DNA of 63,104 bases, filler included, from Psammoneis japonica (Eukaryota): the NCBI GenBank assembly GCA_008632985.1. It is 4 parts of 4 records of this genome, joined end to end, with 100 filler letters (N's around TTAATTAATTAA, not from the genome) between each part and the next. Parts side by side here need not be neighbours in the genome. Positions count along the whole stretch, not along the records: positions 31,871 to 47,516 come from QPGO01000489.1; positions 47,617 to 63,104 come from QPGO01000490.1; 2 more parts are not named here. One strand, given 5' to 3'. The notes below the pieces were generated by a model. The model made no database searches, was not told where the DNA came from, and saw only the letters and a list, made by a program, of their open reading frames with translations. Positions 42,487 to 54,500 of this stretch are shown piece by piece. Positions within the stretch are counted from its first letter, which is position 1, and every line of letters begins with the position of its first letter. The position numbers and the translations under genes are program-made.

Positions 42487-44559
42487 CGGCCCTTCTCTGT
42501 CCTGATGATGATTTCTCAGATGAGGCTGTCCCAACAGATGTTTTCCATGCTCACCTCAATGCGATCAGCTCCCGCTCTCTCACTCCGGAGGAGGCTGCTC
42601 TTGACCACATCGAATGGGAAGAAGGCGAGCAGCATCAACTGGACCAATTTCATGCTCTTGGTGTGCATGGCCCTCCCCAACCACGTCCCCCTGGAGCAAA
42701 TGTCATGCATCTGCATTGGGATTGCATGGTGAAGCCGGATGGACAACGTCGTTCTCGGCAATGTGGAGATGGTTCCAAGTCGGCAATGCCGGCCTTGCAT
42801 GAGTTGACTTCCACATGTTTGTCGTGTGTGGAACGTTCTGTCAAAAAGATGTTCTTTGCTCTCAGCGCAGCCATGTCGCATCGTGTCTTCAGCAGTGATG
42901 CTTGGGATGCCTGTGCTCATTCTCCTGGTCCTTCACAGCCGGTTCTTGTTGCTGTCAATGACGCACATGCTGCCTGGTGTGAAAAGAGATTTGGCAAGAA
43001 AGCACCCTGCCATTGTGTTCTCCTGCTCAAGCATGCTCTTCAAGGCCACCCTGAAGCTGGTGTCCTCTGGGAAAAGCGCGTCAATTTGATTCTAACAGGT
43101 GTGAAACTTCTTTTCTGCAATGCCGCTCATGACAAGTGCATCTGCTCTGGTGAATGTGATGGTGTCAAGGTCCTTCTGCTCCGTCAGGTTGATGATTTTG
43201 CACTTGCTTGTCCCTCTGAAAAGATTGCAAAAGAGATCTGCGACCATGTTGGCAAGGCTCTCCAGATGGAAAATGAGGACACTCCTCCGTTCAAGCATTT
43301 GGGCTTGGTTGCTGAATTCAATGGCATTGACATCATCCAAAATGACGACTCGATTGCTGTCAATGTTGCCAGTTACCTTGATCGTGTTTTCAAGACCCAT
43401 GGTTGGGATGATCCCGCTGCGAATGAATCTGAGTCTGATTTCAAAGCTGCACCTGTGCCGGTTGATTGCATCCCTGACCTGTGTGCTGCTGAAGGTCCTG
43501 CAGAGGGTGCTCCTGAGTGTGATGCTCTCTCCGAGTCCCAGGGTTTCTCTCACTGTTCTGTTCTGGGTGAATTGGTCTTTGCTCACTCGTGTTGTTGTTT
43601 GGATGTTGGTCATCCTGTTGTTGCCTTGTCCAAGTTTTCCAAGGCTCTGGCTGAGATTCATTGTGATTCACTCAAGTGCATGGCCAAGTGTTTGTGGTGC
43701 GCCAAACATTGGGGGCTGATGCATGAGAAGTCCAAGCGTGATCCCAGTCTGCCTCCTCGTGATTGTGAATGGCTTGAGGACATGTGATCCATCTCTTCCG
43801 GACTTCCCTTGTGCTGATGACCTCTTCCAACTCCAAGGCTTCATTGATGCAGCACATGCCAATGAACTGTGGCATCACCATTCTGCTGCCGGACACGTGC
43901 ATGTCCTTGCTGGTGCTGCAATTGATTGTCATTGCCGCGCGCAAGTGATTGCTGCCACCAGCTCCATGGAAGCTGAATTTCTCACGGCTGTTGCTGGTGC
44001 AAAACAGACCCTGCACCTCCGCATGGTTCTGGAAGAATTGGGCTTTCCTCGACGTGGTGCCACTCCCTTGCACATTGACAACTCCTCTGCCATCCAGATG
44101 ATCAATGACAAGGTGCCTGCAGAGCGATCCCAACACATTGATGTTCAACATTTTGCCATCCAAGACTGGTGTGACACAGGCAAGATTGTTGCTCGGCATG
44201 TCCCGGGTGTCATTGACCCTGCCGATGTGCTGACCAAGGCTGTGGGTTGGATGCTTCATGCCTGCCATGCCCGCCGTTTGATGGGACACTGCCATTGATT
44301 GTCATTGGGTTGTGTGGATTGAGTCTTGGGTGTGTCTCTCTTTTCTCTGTTTTGTTCTTTGCCACTCTGGCCCTCTCTTTTTATTCGGATCATCTCTTTC
44401 TTTCTTGTCGAGCATTGCATTGCTCATCATGGGAGGGTGACAAACATCCAAGATGGGGAGTGCACTCCCTTGTGTTGGACAGACTGGCATGGACAGCATG
44501 GAGAGATCCAATGATCTCTCCTTTGCTCACTTTCTTTCTCATCCAGCACACGATTGTCA
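42487..44559 (+). mobile_element. Copia C fragment (RT-RNase H plus putative 3' LTR 44438-44559), abutting the Gypsy 1 LTR
   Basis: HALQGHPEAG, LRQVDDFAL, FIDAAHA, MEAEF, IDNSSAI, DPADVLTK; PPT GGGAGGG followed by TGACAA..TTGTCA. Confidence 0.8.
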
Positions 44560-44639
44560 TCTGTCCTGGACATCCGTTAGATTGTCTTGATGCCACCAGT
44601 CCGCAAGTGCCGCCAACGAAAGCTTTTTCATGCACTGAA

Positions 44640-47516
44640 TCCCATCACACAGCAACATCATGACACCACTCACCCGCCCACCCAAGGACCACCACTTGCC
44701 CACATTGCAAATGAGCCTTCTCTTGAGCGCTCCATCATTTTTACCACAACCCGCACTGCGCCTCTGTTGTGCATGAGAGCATCATTCAGTCTCTTGGCAA
44801 CACTGCTGCTTCCCTGTTTGGTGTGGATGGTTTGATTGAGTTTGGTCAAGCATCATCAATTGGTCAGCTGTCTTCCTCAGATGGCTCGTCTCTCCCATGA
44901 TTGGGATGCTCACACCTTGAAGCAGCAATTGACAACATCCATCTCATTCTGTCACCTGCAGAAGCATCCAGCTGGGATGGACCACTGCTTGACAATGACA
45001 TTTCTCCCTTGTGTCTGTTTGTGACATGTTGCAGCATCAAGGCATGTCATGCAAAAACTCAGTTTCCATCCAACGTCCAACAACCAGAGCAAAGAAAACT
45101 TGTTTGAAGCCTTGCCTGACAATGCAATTGACACTGTTAAAAATGAAATGGAAGATGTGTCCTTGGCTCCCTTGTGTGGCGGTGTGTGTTTGAACAATGA
45201 CAGCAGGTTGGGCAAGGTCTGCCCTTTTCCAGCCACCAAAGCATTTGTGAACTTGCTGTCTCTGAGCACTCTCAATGGTGTTTGTGTGAAGCTTTGCAAA
45301 ATGGCAGACCACTGGCAAGCTCTGCTCCATTTGTGCAATGACATTGCATTTTTCATTGAACGACATTGCAGAACAAGCACTTTTCAGCTTGGAATGCAGA
45401 TGCCCCATTGACAAAAACTGGTGGAAACTCTGTCTGGAGTGTTCCCCCATCCCAAGTGTGAGTTGACACCCGTCAATTTAGAAAGTGCAGCAGGGGGGCT
45501 GGGTGAGAAAACTCTCCTGAATCCCACCTGCTGGACACCCACATGTGGGCAAAAGCTGACAACATGGCAGACCCAAAGAATCCATTTGGAAAGTGCTTGG
45601 CAAAGGGACCTGATGACAAGTGTGTCTTGGTGGGTGAGTGGCACAAATGCACTTGCCAAGCCAGAGTGGCCAATCTGCAAAAACAATTCCCAGAGTGTCT
45701 GATTGTGCATGCAGACAAGACTGGCAGGACAGCATCCATGGGATCTTCTTGCAGGGAGCCTGTCACAGTCACCTCAGCCCATGTTGCATTTAAAGAGTGG
45801 CACAACAAGTCCAAGTGGAGAGTCCTTGGGCACATTCCTGATCTTGAGAAAATGTTGCAGCAGTCCATCAATGCACATGAGTTGGAGAAGGGAAGCAGCT
45901 TGCACGACCATCACAAGGTCTTGTGGACAATGCCCCAGCTGCTGTTGGACATGATGCAATGCAGTGGCTTCCAATGCAATGCCAAGAGCAAAGACTGCCT
46001 GGTTGGTTGCTGCGGAGGCAAAAACTGTCGCCAGTGCTGTTTGCAATTTTGCATGACTGGACATCATGAGCTGGATGACCCATGGAAGGAATGCAAGCTT
46101 GTTTGGGAAAGCAGCATTGTGAGGGCACAGGCAATCACCAGGGACAAGGAACTCTCAGACAAAGAGAGGGCTCATTGGGAAAGGGAACTTGATTGTGCAA
46201 AGCAACACAACATCTCCACAAAGTGTTTGCTTCATGCCAACTTTGGAGAGCAACCATTTGGAGTGACCCTTTGCATGGCAAGCAACATGATGCACTGATT
46301 TGAGAAAAGGAACTCTGCAAAGAGAGGTTGTGGAGTCTTCATTGACAGCATGACCAACTCTGTGAGAACAGAGGTGGGTGGAATCATGGAAAGGATGTTC
46401 AGCAAACACTGATGATCCACTTGCAAATTTTTAAGAACAAATTTCAAAGGCGGTGCAACTTCACTTGCATTTCTAAATTTTTGTCACCAGGCCTTGATGG
46501 CACTTGTTTTCTGCCTGTTGCTGCTTGCCAAAGAAGGTTGTGATGCACGCACTTTGTGCTTCTTGTGCAAAGACACAGACAAACTGCCATCACCTGAAGC
46601 AAGACTCATTCCAAAATTCAGATTCAATCATTTCCATCAACCAAATGAGTGCAACAACACCAGCCGTGGCCAAGAAGATGAGTGCAATGCACGCACTTTG
46701 TGCTTCTTGTGCAAAGACACAGACAAGCTGACATCACATTGAGCAAGACTCATTCCAAAATTCAGATTCAATCATTTTCATCAACCAAATGAGTGCAACA
46801 ACACCAGCCGTGGCCAAGAAGATGAGTGCAATTCTGACAACAATGCAACCAACACACGGCGCATCATGCTGGAGGACTCTGTGAACCACCACCAGAATCC
46901 AGACAGCAATGTTGACAAGGACAGAGACAAGAACAACCATGGTTGGAAGAACAGCGAGATGCGCAAACCACTTCAATGCAGTGTTTGTCAGCGCACACAG
47001 CTCCTGGAAGATCTGCTGACATTCCATGCCTGGCGATGCAACTTGGCAACTCCCCCTGGACAGCGCAATGATCTCAACAAAATTGTGAAGAAAATGTGGC
47101 ACTTGGCATCATGCTCAGTGCATTTTTTACTTCGGCATGAAGGAGCCGCACGGAAGCTGCAAAAGCTGCACAAACTGCTGTGCCTCCTGACATTCCTGTG
47201 TTTTTCCTGACATGCAACGAACTTTGATGCCAGGTTGGGCAAGTTCCTCCTAAAGAGCAGCTGGCAACTGCACGACAATGCAGCTTCAAAGTGTTCTTCA
47301 TGCAAGTGGCCTCCCACATGGAAGACCAAATGCTCGTGCACCACACCATTGTCGCAAATGCATGGATGTTGGAAGACAAGGCAAAACAATGAGTGTCCGG
47401 TCCAATGTCTGGACACCATCTTGGCGGGAGCTCCTTCTCAATTTGGCAAGCAAAATGCAAAAGGCTGTGTCCTTTCATTGGTTGGGGAAACAAACCCGCT
47501 GCCAGGTGCACCCTGT
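44640..47516 (+). mobile_element. Degenerate DNA-transposon-like coding remnant (Plavaka/CMC-like), TpA- and CpG-depleted
   Basis: ORF 45543-46298 with DCLVGCC..CRQCC..LDDPW..FGEQPFGV..NMMH, reminiscent of Plavaka-type transposases; weak recognition. Confidence 0.4.
46543..46832 (+). repeat. ~144-bp tandem duplication
   Basis: atgcacgcactttgtgc...gaagatgagtgcaat occurs twice. Confidence 0.85.
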
Positions 47517-47807
47517 NNNNNNNNNNNNNNNNNNNNNNNNNNNNNNNNNNNNNNNNNNNNTTAATTAATTAANNNNNNNNNNNNNNNNNNNNNNNNNNNN
47601 NNNNNNNNNNNNNNNNAAGTCAGGAGGTGTCCACCTTCTTTCCGAGGAGTCAGATATGTGCTTTAAAAGGCTTGCTCGAAAGAAAATGTGAATAAACAAT
47701 CTTATACCTTTTGTTCGTATGAATTTGTTTAGAAGTTCTCTACTTGCGGAAGGGACCCTTCCAACTTCCAATACATGCAACCCACGAAAGTCGGATCCAT
47801 TCTATTT

Positions 47808-48250
47808 CTAACCATTTCCAGCCGCACTAACCTGCGAAAGAAATGTACACAGTCATATGATGAGTCTGGGGTTCTCTCGGAAACAGCGAATTCAGCACAG
47901 GCCAAGCACAGGAGCGTGGCACGACCAACATTGCTTACCCTTGGAATATCGTTGAGCTCTGTCAATTCGCCGAGTTTCTGATTAAATTCCTCAATTCTTT
48001 CGCGGTGACTTTTAGATGCAAGCTTCTCCAAATCCTTCTTCTCGCGTTCCAATTTCCGTTTCATGGCTCGTTGCTCTGCCTCCGTCATGTCATCATCCAC
48101 GTGACTTGCTCCCTCGTCTTCCTGTTTATTTCGTTGTTTCGCTTTCTTTTCATCCTCGCTGCGATGTTTTGACTTTCGACTCTTCTTTTTCGATTTCTTC
48201 TTCTCTCCCTTGAAAGATAGAGATCCTCCTACAAACGCTGTTTTCGTCAT
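47808..48250 (-). CDS. FAM32A-like (DUF1754) small nuclear protein; intron ~47832-47938
   Basis: GGSLSFKG.KKK, MTEAEQ, KSHRERIEEFNQKL..L.E.NDIPRV; last exon VSAAGNG*. Confidence 0.82.
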
Positions 48251-48373
48251 CGTGGCTGCTGGTACGCGTTGTTACTTGTTACGGTACCGGTGTGTTGGGA
48301 GTTGCCGCGGGATGCGGACGCGACATCGTGATCGCGCAGCTATGAGATACTGTTTTTTCGCTTCTTCTGCGGT

Positions 48374-48447
48374 GCCTGCTTAGCTCAGTTGGTTAGAGCA
48401 TTTCATTCGTAATGAAAAGGCCGCTAGTTCGAATCTGGCAGTAGGCT
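48374..48447 (+). tRNA. tRNA-Thr(CGT)
   Basis: Acceptor GCCTGCT/AGTAGGC, D-arm TAGCTCAGTTGGTTAGAGC, anticodon stem TTTCA/TGAAA with loop TTCGTAA, GTTCGAAT T-loop, downstream T-run. Confidence 0.93.
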
Positions 48448-48496
48448 TTTAATTTTTCCTGCAGGAACCGCATGTGACGAATCATCACTGCACCAC

Positions 48497-49367
48497 GAGC
48501 ACAGCACACATCATTTCAAGCCAGAGGGCAAGAAAACGATGAGTGATGCACAGGATGGCATGCAATGGCTGTTTGAGTCGAGAGTCTGCTCCAATGACAC
48601 GCATTTCATCTAATGTGACAGGCTCCAATCTTGTGCATCACAGACGTTGGCTTTTCGCACCAAAGACATTGACTTTTTTGCCCCCCCCCCCCCCCCAAGC
48701 GGGGAGGACATCGCATGGCAGCAGGAGGCACCACCAGGAGAGGGTTGTGCACAGCAGGCCCAGCATCTGCCACTTTGACGCTCTCTTGCACAGTGCTGTT
48801 GAACTTGAAATTCCAGGAGCCAGGCAGGATTTTTTTTGGCTGGGGCTCAACAAGAGAGCTTTTGTGCGCAGCTCTTGGCCTTTGGCGGAGCAGCTGCACG
48901 CTCGTTGCAAGCCATTTGGTCAGAGCATTTCATTTTCACAATGAAAAGGCTGCCAGCTCAAATCTGGCCCAGCTCAAATCTGGCAGCAGGCTTCGACTTT
49001 TGTGTGAAGACTCGCCGCACCACGCGCGCAGGAGCCGTGCACGTGAGCACATCATTTCAAGCTTCAAGCCAGAGAAGGGCATGAAAACGATGAGCGATGC
49101 ACAGGATGGGGTGCAATGTGGGTTTGAGTCAAGAGTCTGCTCTGATGACACATGCCTTGTGTCATCCAGTGTGGCTGGCTTCAATCTCTCGCATGGCAGA
49201 CATGCCAACTTTTTGCTTCCCCCACCACAAAGCAGGAGACACCCTCGAGCAGCAGCACCACCAGGGGGCCTGCAAGAAGGGGTGTTTGCAACAGGCCCAG
49301 CATCTGTGCTGCTTTGGCACTCTCTCACACAACATTGTGAAGCTTGAAATCCGAGAAGCCGGGCAGG
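48497..49367 (+). repeat. Diverged ~540-bp tandem duplication of the tRNA plus downstream flank; second unit continues at 61210 beyond the Gypsy 2 insertion
   Basis: cacatcatttcaagc..gatgcacaggatgg..gagagtctgctc at ~48505 and ~49047; caggatttt continuation at 61210. Confidence 0.7.
48916..48992 (+). pseudogene. Mutated pseudocopy of tRNA-Thr(CGT)
   Basis: ttggtcagagcatttcattttcacaatgaaaaggctgccagctcaaatctggc..agcaggct aligns to the tRNA and has a 16-bp internal duplication. Confidence 0.85.
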
Positions 49368-51503
49368 TGCACTGTGCTCGAAGAACGAGTGCAAACGAAA
49401 GTAGAGTGGTGTGCGAAAAGTGGAAATTGTGAGATTAAAATTTGCTCTGTGATTTTTGGTTTCTCCGAACGAGTTCTCAATGGCCCAAAGCTTCTGCACT
49501 GCTTCTGCAGACAAAAGGCCTTTCGGAGAATGCATTCGTGACAACAGATTGTCCGGATGCGATTGCTGTTGACACGCAAGATGTCAACATCGTCAATCGA
49601 TCGCACCTGCAATTCTCGACATCCGATCAACTCTGTGTGATCGTTCTGTCCTTTGTGCGCATCCACGACTGTGGTGCGATTGACACACAAATGACGTGTG
49701 ATCACAAATGTGTGTGTGACAGTCGCATGCTGCATTCGCCTCCCCAATTGCACATTGGAGTCATTTGCAAGTGGATTGTTCGACGGACATCGACAGTGTC
49801 AACAATGTCTCCACTTTCACTGCATTGTGCCATTGGCAATGACTGTTGTTGTTTTGCACGGGCAACACAGGGCCGTTCCAATTTCCAAATGTCTTTTGAG
49901 AGTGACATTGTTTGTTTCTCACTTAACATGTGCATGCACAGCACCATGTCGAGTGTTCTCATTGACGTTCTTGTTGATGTGAACACAAGGACTGATTGTC
50001 CTGGAGCAAGTGTTTTTCCTGACATCGATTGCACGTGGCATCGTGCCCAGTGCTTAATGTGCGCTCTCAATTGTGGCGTTCACTTGCTTGCTTGTGGATT
50101 TCATGCAGTTTGGCGGGCTTGCTTCATGTGCCATGTTGCTCTGCTGTGCTGCCACGTTTCACAAGTGACAACAAACGATGGTCAAAGATGTCATGACAAT
50201 TTCGTCTTGACAATCAATCCTGTGATGGTTGTGAATTCCATTGTGGATTTTTTTTTTTTTTGCACTTCAACCATCTGTCAGTTGGATTTTGATCGTTGTT
50301 TGGACGTTTCTTTCTGACATGCCGTTGTTGTTTTGTCATTCCGAAGGCACTGGTTTCGTGCACTGAGTGGGTGAATGTCCATTTTTCTTTTCTTTTTCTA
50401 GATCTTTGGCACATCTCGTGTGTCGACATGATGCACATTTTAATGTCTTGCCTTGTACATTGTACAATGCAACCGCACGGGTGTTGTGAGATTGTCTTTT
50501 GCCAGTGTGAAGTGGACACGTATGATGTGCGCCAATCTGTCACTGTTTTTTCCTAAATCGTCCTTTAAAAAGGCGATTTTATCCTTGTGACTTGAGCATT
50601 TTTTGATCTCGCTCGCCTCCACGAAAAGTGTTCGCATGATGTGTCGCGTCCGACAATTTGGAGGGAATGTCTTTGTCCCGTTTTAACGGCAGGACATTGT
50701 CGCAGGATTCAATTTTCTATGGCAAGTCGGCTGATCGCGTCTGTCGCGACGATGTTCGCCTTGCCCTCGTTGCAATCTAATTCGGGACTGAAGTTGTCAA
50801 CGCACGACTTTGTCCGTTGTGTCTTGTGATCCGTGTGTGCACAAATCTGTTGGCCAAACAGCATGTTTCGGAATTTTGTGAGTGTTTTCACTGTGGACAG
50901 AAGTTCTTTTTTCCGTTGTGACACACAATGTTGAAATCCGTGTATGATGACAACACAGTTTTTGATTTGACATGCTCCACATTTTCGGAGACTTTTCGTT
51001 CCGCACTTGCACTTTTGCCGTTTGACCTTCATTGAGGTGAATTTGGCTGGTGTTGTGCAGGAGATCGTTGAGACTGCATGTCTCGACAACAGCAACGCAT
51101 GACAACGAGATGTCGCAGTGTTCTTTGCGTTTTTCTCGTGTTGCGATTGCTTGAATCGCCTCCATTTTCTTTGCAATCGATTGCATGTCGTCACGCATGG
51201 AAGTCTTGACAGTTTGTTTCAAGTTAAACAGTGAAGGACTTTTGTTGTTGACCTTCTAAGCGACTGTTCTAGTCGTTTGAATGCCGCACTAAGCTGTTGC
51301 TTGCACAGGTGACATTTTGAAGTTACTTTTGTCAGGCACAAACGATCACATGTGGTCGTTCTGACAACTTCAAACCTGTCATGAGTTCACTCAAGTGTTG
51401 CACAAAAACATCTGGGGCTCTGTAGATTCTCATTGGAAGTCCACAGTGCTCATTTTCTCCCCACGGCATGATTTTCGTGTGAGCACGACGTGTGCTTTTT
51501 TTA

Positions 51504-54500
51504 TGACAGGATTTGAACAGGATTTGGATGCGCGCGAAGCATCGCGCGCTGTTTAGTTTACCGCGCACAGTTTTGTGTGCTTTAGTTCTGCGCGTTCACG
51601 CGCGATGCAGTTTGCTTTCGAGCCACAAGGCTCACAAGAATGACAACAGCAGCCCAATCACACCGACTTGCACGTCTTTCGGCTCCTGCAACGGTCTCTG
51701 AGCGGAGACTCATCTGCTGTTTAGACAGCAGCAAGGAGTCATTGTTTGAATTCTTGCCATTTGCCTTCAACTTCTGTCAGATTAACAGTCTTGCTCATTG
51801 TCAACCCATTGAGCAACCGCCATCGTCGTCGTTGATTTACCAACCACGCCATTTCAATTCCACGTGGACCTCCGTATGTGTTCTACATGCATCGGCAAGT
51901 CTACGCGCATTCAATGCCAGGGCATCGGCAGGAAGTTAACGTCACCGTCAAGTCTCCTTACCGCTGGATGTCTGGATTGATCATGCTGCCTTTGATCGCT
52001 GAAGACACACATTCAACGGTCACATCCAAGTCTGTCCTTGATCCTCATCCCTTGACACACCTGTTCATCGGTTGACGGTCAAGAACCCCACATGTTCAAG
52101 GATCTTCGTCGCTGGAGACATGTGTGTGCACGCATGTCTTCACGGCCAAGAACCTGCACCTGCTCTTCGGACCACGGTTTTGCTGCCACTCTGCAAGCAC
52201 ACCGAGTCCATTGCACCTGATCTGCCCCGGACCACTGGTGCTCCACAGCTCCACTGGGTCCACGAGGACGACTGTGAGAGCAAGCAGCCGTGATTGCAGC
52301 CCACGTTGGGGCGAGGGTGCTTTCCCGCGTTTGTTCATTCGTCCACAGCGCCTGACGCCTGCGTCAACTGGCCAGCCTGATCGGGAAATCCAACCGACAT
52401 AAAATGAGAACGGTTCGGGGGTCTTGTCCACCTCTGGTCAGCTCACCTGCAGGGGTTTACAACCCGCCACTCCGCTCGCAAGCAACCCAAAGCGCCGCCA
52501 GCTGCGGGTTCAGACGTGCCGGCACAACTCTACGGACCGGACAGGAAGTTTAGCACTTGACAACGAACGGGATGACAAAGCCCGGCGACTTCTGATTTTA
52601 AGACAGTTCAAGATTTCAAGTCAAGTCTGTTTCAAGTCAAGTCCATTCTCATCCAAGTTTTCGAGTCTGCCTTCGCTTCCCAACCAGAATTGATTGTCCT
52701 GACACCACTTTTGTCTGCCATGGTTCTCACTCGTCAGCAACAAACCGATGGTTTCGAGCACGTTGTTGGAACCGTGCTTGCTCAAGGTGCTGGGAGTCCT
52801 CTTCGTTTGGCTTTGGCCCAAGACGGCACGGACTCGTGTCAGGAACTGTTCACATTCATGCCGTCCCAAATCGACTCGCTTGAGCGCGACAACGGCACTG
52901 ATGTGATCCCTTTGCCCCGTGGCCATGAGAACATGTTAGCAGCACTGGCTGGCCTGCACATTGTCAAAGCACACAAGGGTCTTGACGTTGCCAACGACTC
53001 CTCTTTGTTCACGCATGACGAGTTCCTTGCCTGCCGCCTCAGCCCGGACTGCATGTCCTCTGTGTCCATCGGCAGCTCACCCCTTGCACCTCCACATGTC
53101 ACCAACCCGACCAAGGCACGCGACCCAGTGCGAGACTTCAAGCGAGGCATCAAGCGTGATCCCACCGCTTTCACGGCTCTCAAATCCGACAAGCAGTGGC
53201 ACACTTGGCACACCTCACTTGTGGCACAGGCCCGTGCCCAAGACGTCGAGTGCATTCTAGACTCGTCGTACAAACCGACCAGCCCCGAAGACAAACTGCT
53301 CTTTGCTGAACAGCAAAAGTGCATGTTCGCCATCTTTGAATGCATCCTTCTCACCGACAAGGGCAAGGCTCTCATTTGCGAAAATGTGGGGTCTTCTGAC
53401 GCACAGACCGTCTGCCGCTCCTTGTCTGAGCACGCGCTTGCCTCCACCCGTGCATCTGTCGAGTCCTCCACCCTGCTCACGCACCTCACCACCGCACGTC
53501 TTGGTGATGGCACTTGGAAAGGTCCGACCCACGGGTTCATCCTTCATTGGCAAGATCAGTTGCGCAAGTGCGAGGCACTCATCCCCGCCAGTGACCACTT
53601 CTCCGAAGGACAGAAGCGCGTCATGCTCGAGAATGCCATGCACCCTGTCGAGGAACTCCGTGCTGTCAAGAACCAAGCTGATCAGCATCGTGCGCAGAGT
53701 GGCAAGAGCCTCACATGCGATCAATGCTGTGGCTTGCTCCTCTCCGCGGCAGCTCAGTGCGACAGCACGTTTCAACCCAAGACGACACCTCGAGCTCCCC
53801 GACGCGCCACATGCGCACACGACGTCTGCTCCGAGGAACCGTCCGACGATGTGTTCTACGACATTGACAGTGATGTTGACGTCCTTCAAGCCAATGCTGC
53901 CTGCACCCGCGGTCCCAGCCTCACCGGTGTCCAATGGAGACGTCTCCCTCCCGACCACCAACGGCTCTGGGATTCGTTGCCCGATTCCTCCAAGGCGATC
54001 ATCATTGAGCACTCTCGCCCGCCTCCCCGCAACCCGCGAGCCAGCAACTGCCATGAGTCTGTTGCGGCCAACCTTCACGGCCAACACCTTGGGAGTGACG
54101 GTGATGTCAACTTGTCCAACACGACTCCTGCTGACTGTGGTGACTCCGCCACACATGTGGACGCCACTTCGGACAATCCCATCCTGGCGCACCTCACCAA
54201 GCGCAAGCCACTGCCACCCGGCGATCTGCAACGTCTGTTGTCTCCTAACCACGCCCCCAATGCCAGTCGACCGGGGCCATCCGCCGCTTCCTCTGCCCCA
54301 CCAGCTTCTGCAGATGACATGGAACTTAACGGCCGCACTTGCCGCCGCGTCAACAACCACAATGTCATTTGCTCTGCCTCTGCTCATCGCTCCACACGCA
54401 CTGGCGCTCTAGTCGATCGTGGGGCCAACGGCGGCATTGCTGGCGACGACGTTCGCGTCATCACACGCACCTCTCGCCAAGTCGACGTTCAGGGCATTGA

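Noticed and set aside
34438..46832. Short direct repeats as a CRISPR array
   Set aside because: Two-copy tandem duplications or LTR pairs with no repeat-spacer periodicity; eukaryotic context with no cas genes
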